Source of the DNA: an uncultured delta proteobacterium
Lineage (GTDB): Bacteria > Myxococcota_A > Polyangia > Polyangiales > Houyiibacteriaceae
DNA length: 64,000 bases
Direction of reading: 5' to 3'
Assembly (NCBI GenBank): GCA_963699755.1
Contig: CAVOVB010000001.1
Location: forward strand, 768,001-832,000
Of the stretch, positions 63,483 to 64,000 are shown one piece after another. The notes under the pieces were generated by a model that was given only the letters and a program-made list of their open reading frames with translations, was not told the DNA's origin and made no database searches. Position 1 is the stretch's first letter; each line of letters starts with the position of its first letter. A program made the position numbers and the translations under genes.

Positions 63483-64000
63483 TTAGTCTGGCGCCGAGAG
63501 GTCCGAGCTACCCATGAGGAAGGTGTCGACAGCCTTGGCAGCGCCCCGGCCCTCGGCGATGCCCCAGACCACCAGGGACTGGCCGCGGCGGCAGTCGCCG
63601 GCAGCGAAGACGCCTTCGGTGCTGGTCGCATATTTGCCGTACTCCGCCTTGAAGTTGCTGCGCGCGTCGCGCTCGAGGCCGAGCTGCTCGGCAAGCGTAT
63701 CTTCTGGTCCGAGGAAGCCCATGGCGAGAAAGACGAGGTCGGCTTCGAAGATCTCGCCGGAGCCCGGCACTTCACCCATCCGCCACTTTCCGTCTGCATC
63801 CTTGGTCCATTCGACGCGCACCGTTTCGACTCCGGCGACGTTTCCGTTGCCATCGTCCAGGAAGCGCTTGCTGAGCACGCGATACTCGCGAGGGTCGTTC
63901 CCAAACTTCGCGGCGGCCTCCTGGTGGCCATAGTCCACCCGGAAGATCACCGGCCATTCGGGCCAGGGGTTGTCATCGGCACGCTCCGCCGGGGGTTTCG
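63483..64000 (-). CDS. gltD: Glutamate synthase small subunit, 3' part
   Basis: [16 protein letters not shown] and [22 protein letters not shown] motifs; frame open to the window edge. Confidence 0.95.
   Translation of the reverse strand, partial: KPPAERADDNPWPEWPVIFRVDYGHQEAAAKFGNDPREYRVLSKRFLDDGNGNVAGVETVRVEWTKDADGKWRMGEVPGSGEIFEADLVFLAMGFLGPEDTLAEQLGLERDARSNFKAEYGKYATSTEGVFAAGDCRRGQSLVVWGIAEGRGAAKAVDTFLMGSSDLSAPD

Overview
GC-rich window from a probable myxobacterium (Myxococcota/Polyangiales-like, judged from the Cys-rich CGDG...E.CDDG repeats, fibro-slime protein, MYXO-CTERM-like tails and Gly-rich lipoproteins). Left to right: a secreted CLCA-like metalloprotease/VWA protein; a surface-polysaccharide locus (GT2/GT4/GT26, wecB, flippase) with a 1502-aa Wzy/O-antigen-ligase-like membrane domain fused to PA14 and glycoside-hydrolase-like domains; a desaturase/P450/DHCR24-like lipid cluster; monomeric icd; an ECF42 module with twin divergent promoters; a solitary 16S rRNA gene with its own promoter, processing stem and terminator and no linked tRNA or 23S; a sigma-54 sulfide-oxidation operon (DUF1641-SQR-PDO); more glycosyltransferases; two large surface proteins; and the 3' part of gltD. 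The main hidden structure is the 5.4 kb downstream of the 16S gene (37.8-43.2 kb). It is an array of 1-2-gene cassettes (EBP-like, GST, GNAT, GST, hypotheticals, nucleotidyltransferase TA-like pair). The cassettes are separated by direct, variably decayed copies of the 16S 3' trailer, and the array is closed by a gapless 152-bp, ~85% identical copy of the 16S 3' end plus trailer. This suggests an rRNA-anchored, integron-like gene-accretion site, with no recombinase in the window. All family assignments come from motif recognition by eye and all alignments were done by hand; no database searches were run.
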